This document shows positions 51,030-63,135 of a stretch of 64,000 bases of DNA, piece after piece. The notes below the pieces were generated by a model. The model made no database searches, was not told the origin of the DNA, and saw only the letters and a list, made by a program, of their open reading frames with translations. Location: NCBI RefSeq assembly GCF_036321535.1, contig NC_087436.1:38566001-38630000 (forward strand). Direction: 5' to 3'. Numbering within the stretch: position 1 is the stretch's first letter; each line of letters begins with the position of its first letter. This DNA is from Camelus dromedarius. Taxonomy: Eukaryota. Position numbers and translations under genes: made by a program.

Positions 51030-51480
51030 TTAGAACTGGCATGTATCTACCTGATTTACATAGAAAAGGTCTGGAGGAACACACAAGAAACCGTTAACAG
51101 AGTTTATATTAGGGAGTAGAATAGGAAGTCAGTAAGGGACAACAAGAACTTTTACTTTTCCCTTAAAAACTTCTGTAATGTTCATATATTTTTTTCATTA
51201 GTTCTTCTTTTTGTTTTTTAATTTTATTTATTTGTAATATATTTTTATTGAAGTATAGGCTGTTTACAATGTTGTGTCAGTTTCTGGTGTACTGCACAAT
51301 GCTTCAGTCACATAGGAACACACATATATTCATTTTCATATTCTTTTTCACCGTAAGTTACTACAAGATATTGAATATAGTTCCCTGTGCTATAAATATA
51401 AACTTGTTGTTTATCTGTAATGTTCATATATTTTTGGAATTTATTATTTATTACAAAATATGCATTATTTTTATAAAAGC
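51030..51480 (+). mobile_element. L1ME4-like 3' end, host of a young L1 insertion
   Basis: catagaaaaggtctggaggaacacacaagaaaccgttaacag...cttttactttt...ttctgtaatgtt...atatgcattatttttataa. Confidence 0.6.
51194..51413 (-). mobile_element. Short camelid-type L1 3' end (about 220 bp) with long perfect TSD
   Basis: attgaagtataggctgtttacaatgttgtgtcagtttctggtgtac; tctgtaatgttcatatattttt at 51172-51193 and 51414-51435. Confidence 0.92.
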
Positions 51481-53009
51481 ATAATTAACAATTAACACAA
51501 AGCACAAAAAATACATGCAAATAAAACTATTTAATGAAAATTTTACTCAGTTCTATGAGAATGACAAAAAAAAGAAACTGAAAGAAGATTCAGTAGGAAA
51601 GGAAAGCAAAGGAGAAGGCAAGAGAGAAAAGGACCCATAGAGAGTCAGCAAAGGGGAAAGAGAAACATTAACTTCTTGTACAAATAGTTTGAGGTCAAGG
51701 GCGTCAGAAAATGTGTCTCTAGCCACCATACTATTAGAAAAACTGAAAAATACTCCAAAAGGAAACAAACAGGCTAGTTAAGGAACTTCTGGCCATATTG
51801 GCTAAAGGAAAATGACAAGTTGATATTTAAATGTGAGCTGAAAAGGCCTTATGAAGGACAGTAACCACAACCCTCTGCAAAGAAGTGAAAGTTCATCAAA
51901 CGGCAGAAAGATTAGACTAAATTTTTGCCTGTGGAGTAAAGAATTAAAACTGAAGAGTCAACTAAAACGAAGCAAATTTATATTCTCTAGAGTTTCCTTA
52001 AAATTAGATATATTAATTGAAAAACAATACTGGACATTCTGGGGAGTAAACAGCCAGAGGTGTTTTGAACTGTTAACGCCTCTGCTTTGCCTTGGACTTG
52101 ATAACAGAAGTAGCAGCATGAACACAGATGGAAAACTGTTACAGTCAGTATCTCACCTGAAAAGTGAAGGTGAGCCCAGCATGGAAGGGCAGCCTTCCAT
52201 TTGCCAGGTACAAGAACCAGATGCTTTGACCTTCTAGAGGAAAGAGGAAGGCACAGCTGTAACAAGCTCTCAATAACAAGGGTAGCAGCATGGTTTTAGA
52301 GATCCAGGAGAAAAGTTCTGTAAAGAGGGTGTCCAAAAATAAAGCATGGACAGAAGGTACAGAGACCTGAGAAAAAAGTGAAGATTAAACTGACTCGCCT
52401 CACAACTTTGCCTCAGGCCAGACTTTCCACTCCATTTATGCCTCCTTTTTCCTTCCCCTTATCATCATGTTGACCACTGAGCAACTAGAAGCCTTAGCTC
52501 TGAATGTCAGTCCTAAATATTCATGTATTAGCACAAACTCCCAGGCATTAGAGGTCTAATGGCTAAGCAGTGATCAGAATAGCTTAGCATGATGATCAAA
52601 TGTCAGCATTATTTTAGTATGGCAAAATAAGAGTCCAAAAATATTCTGTGTCCCAGTTCACTTCTAAACATTAATCTCAAGAAAATGAGTACTTATAATT
52701 ATCTTTAATTTAGAAAGGAATTCATAAATAACTTATTATTTGCAGGGCAAAATCAAGACAGCATGTCTTAGAAAATTAAATTGATGGGAAGGAGAGAGAG
52801 TCTAGATACAAATCAAATTGATATCTGTTTCCTTATTAGGTGATTGCGAGGAGTACTTAATAACTTAATAGCAAAGGTCTTTATTAAAACAAGAAAGACT
52901 ATCCACACTTATTTGTTGTGAAATAAATAGTAATTCAGAGACTTGGTTAAGTGTTTTCCCTCAGGGTCAGAGACAGGCTCAAGGATTGTAAAAGAATGAA
53001 AGACTAAGT

Positions 53010-53260
53010 AGTCATGGCTATTATTGTATGGGCCCATACAACTGTGAAACACTTTCTCACGTAGTAACTCTTAAAATGCTCATAAGAACAGTTTTCTATC
53101 CTCACTCTCTTTCCTGAACACCGTCTTCAAATCAGAGGTGAAGAAACTAAGGGTGAGAAAAGTCAATGTTTTAGCCAATGCAACAGAGCCAAGGGGCTAA
53201 ACCGCAGTTCAACACAGGTGTGACCTCAAACCCATAAACATTCACCTTTGAACACAGCCT
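53010..53260 (-). mobile_element. MIR
   Basis: ggctattattg...actgtgaaacactttc...cagaggtgaagaaactaagggtgagaaaagtcaatg. Confidence 0.6.
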
Positions 53261-53534
53261 CCCTCTCTGAAATACTGCTTCTGTCATTAACAAGCTCTAT
53301 GATGTCAGATAAAGCGCTTAAGTTCTCTGGATCTTGGTTTCTTCCCATGTAAAATTTTTTACTGAATTACATGAATTTCAAGTCCTCTTTCCTGTCTAAC
53401 ATTCATCATTCTTCTACTAAAAGCATACCATAAAGCTAGAAATAGAGCATGTGATTTGCACTGCTGTTTTTTTTTAACACAAGTGATTATTCCCCTTGGA
53501 AATGTAAACATTACCTGAAGAATCAATAAATGAG

Positions 53535-53900
53535 TAATTCATTAAATCAATACTTATCACGAGCTGACTCTGTACCAGAATGATACCTGTGATTCACAAG
53601 GAGGATGCAATGATAAAAATAAAAATATAATATAATAAAATAATGATGATGATGATGATTCCTGCTTTCACAAGCTCAGAGAAAAGTCAAGGAAATGTGC
53701 AGATCAAGAAACAATTTTAACACCACATGTTAGGGCAAGAAACTGGAGATGATAGAACAGGTATATAACAGAGACCAAGAAGTCAGGGAAGACTCCTTGC
53801 AAGCCACAATGTTGAAATACATCTTGAAAGATGACAGATTAACTAGGCAAATAAACAAGGAAGAGACAGATGTTTTATGCAGAGAGAGCTGCAGATAAAC
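53535..53900 (-). mobile_element. L2 3' portion
   Basis: attcattaaatcaatacttatcacgagctgactctgtaccag...attcctgctttcacaagctcaga...agtcagggaagactcctt. Confidence 0.6.
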
Positions 53901-56900
53901 AAATATTAATAAGCTAATACCCTAAAAGCTAAATTACATATTGTAGCTATTCAACTTCCAGTATGGTTCCATAACTGCCATTTAAACCACAGCACCTGAT
54001 GTAGCAGAAGTCATCCTAAATGCATGATTCTACAGTTGTGCAAAATGATTTTCATCATAGATATTAAGCAGCATGACTAAGGTAACCAGCGCTATCTGAT
54101 TCTAAAGTACAAAGCCTGTGTTTGTTACCTCTAAGCACTGCCACCTTCCTGTACATTTTTTTCCTAGAAGTTCAACTGAACACAAATGACCCTGGTGCAG
54201 AAATGCATTTAAGGACACTGCACAACTGAAGCAACACTGAGTAATTTAAGAGAAGATATGAGAATATATAAACTCAGCTGAAGAATCAGATAAGAATCTG
54301 CTCTAAGTCCATTTGTAAAGGCCTCTCTGAATCTATGCCTTAGCCATATACTAAAGGCATCTCAAAGAAAGAGACTTTCTGCAAAATAGTAGTCAGGGGG
54401 GAATTTTCTTCCCTTGGAGGTTTAAGAGGGAAACTCATGAAGTGCACAAAACTGTAAGAATACAGTCAGGTTCATTTTGTATAAACAAAAGCATACTTTT
54501 ACTTGTGGCTTGGCAGTAACTGGTAATTTATGGATTTATATATTTTAACAAGGTATTAACATTCTATAATTTTTAAACTAAAAAGGTAAAAAAAAATTGA
54601 GTTTTCATTATTCATTTTTACATCCCAAAAAAGGAAAATCAGTAATTCTTTCAAATGTCCATCACACAACGTCACCTCAACTGTGTGTCTGGTGTAGTGA
54701 GAGAAAGTGAATGTCTTCTAGTATGTGGATTTTGTATTTAGCAGGTGTTTCCCGAGCCTTGGCTGGTTTTGAAAAAGGTGCAGACCTATGAGTCATACTC
54801 TCAATGACAACAAAAATGGAAAACCAATAATACTCCAGAGATTAAGGCATCAAAAAAGAGCCCCAGAATCACCCAAGAGCCTTCCTTCTTCAGAAGGAAG
54901 CCCCTGGATAGGGGCTGGACTGCAAGAGGGAAACTACTAGCCTCTCAGGGCCTCAGCATCTTCTCCCAGCCAAGACAGGAAGCAAACGTCTCTCACAGGG
55001 TGCACAGCCTAGGATTCCCCAGACTTCCCCTGGGAAACTGTTGTTATAATGAAAGATTTCTACAGAGAATTGAAATAGAAAGCACAAATTCCCACCATTA
55101 AAACAGAAATCACTAGTAACTCACACCTTTGGGTTTGTTTTTTTTTTTTAACATGCCACAAAAAAATACCAAACACTTTATTTTTAACCACTGATTATAT
55201 TGTATGTATATATCATGGTTCTGAAACTTCATGCATCATTCAATGCAGTCAGATATTTCTGGAAGCCCAAAAGAAACCAGCCAAAGTATTTTCAAGATGT
55301 GCATTTAAGGTACAACTTAAAATGATAGAATGAGGCCACTGACATTTAAGTAACACCCACCAAGTCACTGCTGCAGCTGTTCCAGCTCGAGTTACAGAGT
55401 AACCAGAAGTAGGTATAGCCCCTTTTCATTGGTTTTCCCAAACTTCTCTCCAAAATGTATGTATGTAGCAGACTTTTCCAAATTTTGGTGCTATAAAAGT
55501 GATTAATGTCAAAACAAGAGTCTTAAACCAGAAATTAGAGAGCTGTGTACTCTGAAGACTTTGGTTATCATGCCACAAGAAACCGTTTACCTGCTTAACT
55601 TACATACTTTTTTTGAAGATTCCAGAGTCCTACCACGTTGCATGGCTCCCTTCTCCAACTTCAGATTACTATTAACATCTTATACAAAGCATTTTATTCA
55701 GCAACTTTCTTCACTTTAGTAGTATAAACCATACCTTAGTGTCTCCCTTGCTCCAAAGTGAACTACATAGGTATTTTTTTAGAGGAAAAGCTCTCTCTCC
55801 AAAAGGAGCTCTATGCTAGCTGCTAAAAAAAAAAAAAAAAAAAAGCTGAGAAAATCATTTTTCCCACTAAAGTAACATAGTAATTTTGTTAAATGTAATT
55901 AATTTTGAAAAGTTATAATGAGCAACATTAATAAGGCAGATAAAGACCTAAGGGTTGTGTTAGTTCTAACCTAGGGGATATGTTAGTTCTATAAAACCCT
56001 TCATTCCACATCTATTCAATTAAACTTCTACTGAGTGCCTACTCTCTTCAACATTTTATCGTGGATAAAGAGTGATGAGCGAAAGAGATGTAAATTCTGT
56101 AGGTTATAGTCCAAAAGAAATGATCTTTTTTTTTTAAGTACACATATATGAAACTTGTGGGAGATGATATGAAGAAAATAGCTGAGTGCAACAATAAAGA
56201 GTAGTTGTGGGGACAAAACTGTCTGTAAGGAAGTGACATCTGGGCCAAGCCCTATGCAATGGGAGAACGGTGGCCACCTGAAGATGCATTTTCAGAGTAT
56301 CACTAGTAGGACAGTGCTCTGGGGAGGAAAAGGAGAAACCAAAAGAAAGCCAGTGTGTCTGCCCAGCATCACTCCTACATGTAAATGCACAGACCTTTTT
56401 CTTTCTCTGAGTCCATCCTTCACAACAAGAGTAACAATCCCGGCCTGGAGAAAAGTGTAATAGACCACTCACACTCCTACAATTCTATGGGCCGCCCACG
56501 AAGGAATAATTCACTTTTGCCTACTCTCTCTTAAGCAAGAGCGCCTTTCAAGTGGAAGTTTTAAATACTATGTGGTGGTGACACTGCAGAAAACATCCGC
56601 CAAGCCCTTAGGACACACTGGGGAACTGTAAATAGTTGTCCATCTGCAACTCATTTGCTGCCCCTTCAAAAAGCAGACAAATGGCAAACTTTTGACTGAT
56701 GGCTAGTGTTTTGTTTTGTTATGCTTTAAAATCTTGCTTATTGGTAACAGAGTCACCAAAAATGCTATGCTTAGGCAGGAGCCTGTGGCAGTTACTTGAT
56801 GAAACACAGCAACTGACACTGAGACAGAAATCAAACCCACCATATAAAAGCCTTTAAACATATATGGACATGATAGTTGATGTTTCTCCAAAAAAGATTA

Positions 56901-58079
56901 TTTATTCATGAATTAGTGTAGTTCTAGGCTAGATTTAAAGGAGTTCAAAGCTACTTCCCTTTTTATTTCAACTGATGAGTGACTTCTATAATTAACATTA
57001 CTGGGGCATCTGTGCTCTATAAGCAACCTCTTTGGCACTACAAGTGAAGGTAGATAACGGATATACAGAACAATTTTCTTCCAGGGTCAATTTAATTTTT
57101 CTTTTTTCCTTTTTCAATTAGAGACACTTACTCATAGTCTCACCAAAATGTCCTCATAAAAACAAGCAGGGGAAAGTAGATAAAACCATAATGACAATTA
57201 TGACTGTGCAAATCTTGATGTTGATTCACCTAAAGAGAAGAGTGTGCCAAAGCTAAGAAACTTCAGAGCACAAGGCCTATTATATAATCGTGGGAACACG
57301 AGGAGGAGGTCAAAATGCACTGAAGAAGTCGAGATCAGGAAACTGTTACTTCTACTTCTATCGAAGTCCTCAACAGCTATCTGGTGTCTTATCTTTGAGT
57401 ATGAGGTGGGTGTGTATATATTTATCTGAAAAGCAAATCAAATTTCCATGCTTTTCTCTACCTGTCCCTGTATGTAAAAATGGGAATAGCTGATACATGA
57501 TAAGTAGAGCCTGCCCATAAGTGAACATGTCCACTGACAGACGAGCTTCTTCTAGCCATTATCTTCTACACTGCTTACTATTATTATTACTATTATGGCT
57601 TATAATATATCTATCTATGGCTTGGTCTGAAAAGTGTTTTCACAGTGTCCATCACTAAGAAACCCATGACCTTACTCATGTGGTAGTTAAGCCTATAGCC
57701 TATTGGCTCACACGAAACAGAGAGAATGAGGCTGTTGGAGTGGAAGAAACGAGCGATCTAGGATCCGTAGAGGAGCATCACTAAAGTTTCTTGACTCTGG
57801 AAATGTACACTCAAATTCAGCAGGTCTTGGTGTGAGTGGGAGGCAGGGAACTGGCCAGGAGTATCCCTCACTCATGGGAGGAGGAGCCAAACTAGAGCTG
57901 AGACCCTATGCAGACTGCACCCTCCAGAGCTCAGTGCACAGTAGAGCAGTGGTCAGCCCTTCCAGGAAACCACAACACATGTTATAGTTTGTGGATGCAT
58001 TTTGCTTAAGCAGAGATTACCCTACAACCTCGGAAAGACTAAGACCTAAGTTGGGGTGGGGTGGGGAGAGAGGGTCACT

Positions 58080-58318
58080 AACATAGTAGGAGACACAATA
58101 GACTCAGGAAATGCAACACTGAATAGAATGAACTAATTCTAGCCTCAGCTCTACTGCTTTCTTGCTCTGTGACCTTTAACAGCATAATTCACCTCTCAGT
58201 CTACATTCTCATGCTTGCAAGCAAGGTATGATAGTAATACCCAGCTTTGGCTGGTTTTTTTTTTTCCTTTCCTTTTCTTTTTCTTTTTTAATTAAATGAG
58301 TTAGTGCATGAACAGTCA
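58080..58318 (+). mobile_element. MIR
   Basis: ttctagcctcagctctactgctttcttgctctgtgaccttta...tcacctctcagtct...gatagtaatacc...attaaatgagttagtgcatgaa. Confidence 0.7.
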
Positions 58319-58344
58319 TTCTTTTGAACAAGCTCTCCAAAAAA

Positions 58345-58560
58345 TAATGGTCACTATTTATAAATCCTTAGTATGTACCCAGCATACAGCTGAACAGTTT
58401 ACATGAGTGATTATCTCATATAACTCTCACGAATATCTTAGGAGGTATAGCCATTTAGAAATAAAGAAACTAAGGCACAGAGAGGTAAGCTAACTTGCCC
58501 AGAGACATACAATCAACCACCAGTCTGATCCCAGCTCCTATACTCTTAATCACTATAATG
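58345..58560 (-). mobile_element. MIR
   Basis: ttatctcatataactctcac...aaataaagaaactaaggcacagagaggtaagctaacttgcccagagacatac. Confidence 0.8.
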
Positions 58561-58857
58561 TAGTAACTCCATTCAGCTACTTCTCAAGGATGCTTATTAT
58601 GAGCACTTCAGTGGCCAGTAGTCTCACCAGTTTGCTTTTATTCAATAAAACAATAAACTGCATTGGTTACAAAAACAGTATTTTTCAATGAGTTTCAAAG
58701 TTATTTTTTTCCAATGGGGAAAATGCAGTGCATAAAACATGTTTTTCTGAAAAGATTCTTTATCCAAAAGGTTACTGACCATGAACACACACTGTCTTGC
58801 TGTAACATCACAACAAATCTATAATATAGGAGAGATGACTGAGTTTCAGAGATGTTA

Positions 58858-59085
58858 ATAGTAATACTAGTAACCATTTATTGACACTACATTCAAGCAC
58901 TGTTTCAGGCACTTCAGGTTATGTCTAATTCTCATGGTAACACAAAGAAGTGTTGCCCTCACTTTCAGAGATACAAAAAATTTTAAAATTGTAAAGGGCT
59001 CAAACCCTTAAGTGATGAAGCTGGGGTTCAAGTTCAGGTCTCTCTCTCACCCTTCAAGCTGTGCTCTTTCCGGATCAACTAGCGC
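58858..59085 (-). mobile_element. MIR
   Basis: aatactagtaaccatttattgacactac...ctaattctcatggtaac...taagtgatgaagctggggttcaagttcaggtct. Confidence 0.7.
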
Positions 59086-59089
59086 TGTC

Positions 59090-59810
59090 TTAAATAGATG
59101 CCTCCTTACTCTTTCTTAATTGTGCCCTCCATCTCCCTGACTCTATCTTTGGCCAAATTCAAGTTCTTATCATGCCTCACTGAAGCATTAAAAAGGCCTC
59201 TGGATTTGCTTTCTTAAAATACACCCTCCACACTGTCACCAGAGTTATGTAAGTAGCAGCAGTGCAGATCTGACTATGAATGCAGGTCTTAGGATACTTC
59301 AACAGGTCTCAGCATACTTCAACAGGTCTCTTCAAATATATGCCAAAGGCCAAACCTTCATCAGCCTAGGTAGCCCGCCCTTGCCAGCCCTGCCTGACCT
59401 CCCAGAAACCCACACCTCATATTTTGCTTTCTATTAATACAAAACTACACAGAGTTCCCCCCTCTCATCCTGTTGTTCATTCAGCACTGCTCTCTGTGAC
59501 AGAAACAATCTTCTCAACTTTTAGTCACTACCTTCTCTCACCCCTAAACGTGGTCACACATGTTCATCCCTTAAGAATCATCCCAGACATCCCCTCCTCC
59601 AGAAATTGTGCCCACTCTTTGTTCCTCAAGCTGAATAAGGAAAGTCTCTTTCAAACTCACAGTGCCCCGCACATACTTCTCTCATATTATTTTGAAATGT
59701 TCTATGTATGTCTGTATTTCTCTGGGACCATATTTCATTCACCTTTATTCCTCTGGTACTTGGTAATACTAGAGATTCAGTAAGGAATCTATTGAAATAA
59801 ACTAAATCAA
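59090..59810 (+). mobile_element. L2 3' portion
   Basis: ccctccacactgtcaccagagt...cagatctga...catcccctcctccagaaa...ggaccatatttcattcacctttattcc...cagtaagg...gaaataaa. Confidence 0.7.
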
Positions 59811-60687
59811 CTTGCCTGAGTATAAATTTAAGAAGCAGAAGAAGCAAGACTTTAACTTCAGGTCTTCTGAGGCTGTGTCCATGCTCTGTTACATCTGAAA
59901 ATAAACACGTCTATGCAGTAGAGGATTAGGCTGCACAGTCTTTCTTGAAACAGAGGTTGGGGTAGAAGAGCTAGATCAAGCATCCACCACATGCTGTAAT
60001 TACTATCATCTTGGGAGCAAATGACAGAGAAACATTTTAAGACAAGTTTTAAATCACTGGTATCAACATGTGATAAATCTATGGTAATTTCTAGTGTGGA
60101 TCAGTATATTTCTGAAGTGTCTGTAACACAGCAGTAAAAGTTTGCATCTAAATGAAATATACTCATACCAACAATGACCTTTAGTAATTGCATAATTACT
60201 ACACTGCCTGGTACTGTTTACAGACATTCAGTTATTAAATACAGATCCAGAAGCAAGAGAGGAAATCACAATCACAATTTGGCTCTCAACAGAGAAGTAA
60301 TTAAAGACTTAAAGAAAAAAAAACCAGTAAAGACCCTCCACAAAACAAACAGTTAAAGATATCTTAAATGAGTATTACCTTTTACTTTAGAATTAGGAAA
60401 TTGAAGAATATTTTATCTACTGCCTGTAAGGGGTCAACACATACGAAATACCGAAAAAAAATTTTAAATCAACTGCTTGATTCTGGTATTGTCTCCTTGC
60501 TAAATTTCAAATTAAAATACTTTCCCCTATTAGGGGAAATGCCTCGCTGTCCTTCACTGGATTTCCTCCTTCATCTACCTCTTAAATGTGAGTGCCTCTT
60601 GGATACGGCCTTTGGCTCTCCTCTCTTTTGCAGTCCCTGGGGATTTCACCAAGGAACTTCAACCACTACTCAGAACCAGATTACACC

Positions 60688-61519
60688 ACTCCTACAACTT
60701 GATAGCAAAATTACAAATAATCTAAACAAAGAATGGGCAAAGTACTTGGAACAGACATTTCTCAGAAAAAGACATACAAATGACCAACAGGTATATGAAA
60801 ACATGTTCAATATCACTAATCATTAGGGAAATGCAAATCAAAACCACAGTGAGATACCACTTCACACCTGTTACCATGGCTATTATCAAAAACAAACAAA
60901 CAAAAAGTGTCAGAGAGCATATGGAGACATAGATACCCTTGTACACTACTGGTGGGAATATGAACTAGTACAGCCACTACGGAAAACAGTATGGAGGTTG
61001 CTCAAAAAAATTACAAATATGATCCAGCAATCTCACTCCTAGGTACATATTTAAAAGAACTGAAATCAGAATTTGAAGAGGTAACAGCCAAGATATAGAA
61101 ACAACCTAAATATTTATCAAGAGATCAACAGATCAAGAAAAGTGGTGTATATATATATGTATATGAATTATTTTTCAGCCTTAAAAAAGAAAGAAATTTT
61201 GCCAGATGCAACAACATGGATAAACCTCGAGAATATTATGCTAAGTGAAATAAGCCAGAAGGACAGATCATGATTCCACTTAATGAGAGATCTAAAATAG
61301 TTAAAGAAGCAGAGAGTAGAATAGTGGTTGCCAGGGGCTAGGTGGAGGGGGAAATGGGGAGATGTTACTCAATGGATATAAAGTTTAGTTATTCAATACG
61401 ATTAAATTCTAGGGAGCTGCTGTACAACATAGCGCTATAGTTAACAGTGCTGTATCGTGCACTTAAAATTTTGTAAAGCAGATCTCATAAGTGTTCTTAT
61501 CAAAATAATGTTTAAGAAA
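60688..61519 (+). mobile_element. L1MA6/7-like LINE-1, 5'-truncated, with decayed TSD
   Basis: ORF2 end and 3' UTR (agagagtagaatagtggttgccaggggct...gtgcacttaaaattttgtaaagcagatctcat); TSD agaaccagattacacc (60672-60687) and agaatcacattactcc (61520-61535), 13/16. Confidence 0.88.
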
Positions 61520-61599
61520 AGAATCACATTACTCCCAAGTTAATGACTTCAACCCATTTGTTGCTTCTCTTCTCCATACTCTTACAAATGCCTTCTAGT

Positions 61600-61745
61600 C
61601 ATCTACTACCGATGGATACATAAATACCTTTTATAATTGGAAGTACTAAATAACTTAGTTCACACAAATAAGTAGATAGAAATGGAAGTTTTTTGTTAGA
61701 ACATCGACTCACATTTCTTTGAACTTCTTCCAGTTTCACGATCAA
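61600..61745 (-). mobile_element. hAT-Charlie transposase C-terminal remnant
   Basis: Translation KKLPFLSTYLCELSYLVLPIIK resembles the Charlie/hAT dimerisation-domain motif L-P-F-x-S/T-T-Y-L-C-E. Confidence 0.6.
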
Positions 61746-61765
61746 AAAAGAAAAAAGAATCACAT

Positions 61766-62543
61766 AGTGGAAAACAGAGAACCCTCCTACACTGCTGGTG
61801 GGAAAGTAGTTTGGTGCAGCCATTATGCAAAATAGTATGGAGATTCCTCAAAAAACTAAAAATAGACTTACCATATGATCCAGCAATCCCACTCCTGGGC
61901 ATATATCTGGAGAGAACTCTTAATTAAAAAAGATACATGCACCCCAATGTTCACAGCAGCACTATTTACAATAGTCAAGACATGGAAACCATTAAATGTT
62001 CATTGACAGACGACTGGATAAAGAAGTTGTGATTATACATATATATATATATATATATTATATATGTATAAAACAGAATAATACTCAAGAATAAAAAAGA
62101 ATGAAATAGTGCCATTTGCTACAACACAGATGGAACTATAGATCATCATTCTAAGTTAAATAAGCCAGAAAGAGAAAAAAAAATACCATATGATATCACT
62201 TATATATGGAATCTTAAAAAAAAAAAAGGACACAAATGAACTTATTTACAAAACAGAAACAGACTCATTCACAGTCATAAAAAATAAACTTACGGTTACT
62301 GGTGGGCAAAAAGGGTAGGAAGGGATAAATTGGGAGTTTGAGATTTGGAGATACTAACTACTATATACAAAATAGATAAGTTTATACTGTACAGCACAGG
62401 GAACTATATTCAATGTATTGTAGTACCCTATAATGAAGGAGAATGTGAAAACAAATATATGTATGTATATGTATGATTGAACTATTATGCTGTACACCAG
62501 AAACTGACACAACATTGTAAACTGACTATACTTCAATTAAAAA
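61766..62543 (+). mobile_element. Camelid-type L1, 5'-truncated (about 780 bp), with TSD
   Basis: gtggaaaacagagaaccctcctacactgctggtggg...tgctgtacaccagaaactgacacaacattgtaaactgactatacttcaattaaaaaaa; aatcacat at 61758-61765 and 62544-62551. Confidence 0.92.
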
Positions 62544-63135
62544 AATCACATCATCTATAACTAATGGGCTCTTTTCTTTTAAGAAATAAGCTAAAAACTC
62601 AATTAGGTTCCCATTCAGTTTTATGGAAAGCATAAAGTTTGATACACAAATTTATTTTTACCTATTATACTGAAATATAAATCTTATATACCTTCTCAAA
62701 TTCTGTCCACCTTCTCCTTTCTATGTCAGCACTTTACTTACATAAAGTTAATCCTCATTCATATTTGGATGAAATATTACCCTTCAAGGCATGGGACCCA
62801 GTTTTCTGAGCAGCCGCCAAGATTCAGCCAAAAAGTTAGATCATTATGTGAGTAAACCCTGATCAAAGGGAAGAGGATATGGGAGGAGGTCAAGGAAAAA
62901 ATGTCCCCGACCTTTCACTTTTTCTTATGGTCTACTTTGAATTGAAGTTCCTTCTTTCACTCTTTTCAGAAAAATCTAAACTACAGAGTGAACTGTGACT
63001 GCTAATGTCTCCTTTGTGGTTCTTTATGGTAACCAGTATAGCAACACACATTTCCTTGCCCCATTTCTCCTCTTCTTTTATCTTCACTGTCTTAGGCTTC
63101 TACCTCCCTAGTAAAGTGTTAGTCCTGTCAAGAAC

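Noticed and set aside
51851..52237. 128-aa ATG ORF in apparently unique DNA
   Set aside because: No recognisable domain, similar-length overlapping antisense ORFs, and no promoter or splice support; cannot be fully excluded without a homology search.
54745..54777. 33-nt plus-strand exon candidate (VFPEPWLVLKK)
   Set aside because: Donor gtgcag is weak and no partner exons were identified.
56535..56560. CTCF-like word (reverse complement ccacttgaaaggcgc)
   Set aside because: Spacing is one base off the CCASYAGRKGGCRS core.
60368..60826. Longest ORF in the window (152 aa)
   Set aside because: It runs through degenerate MIR/L2-like sequence into an L1MA copy, so it is a chance fusion of repeat frames.
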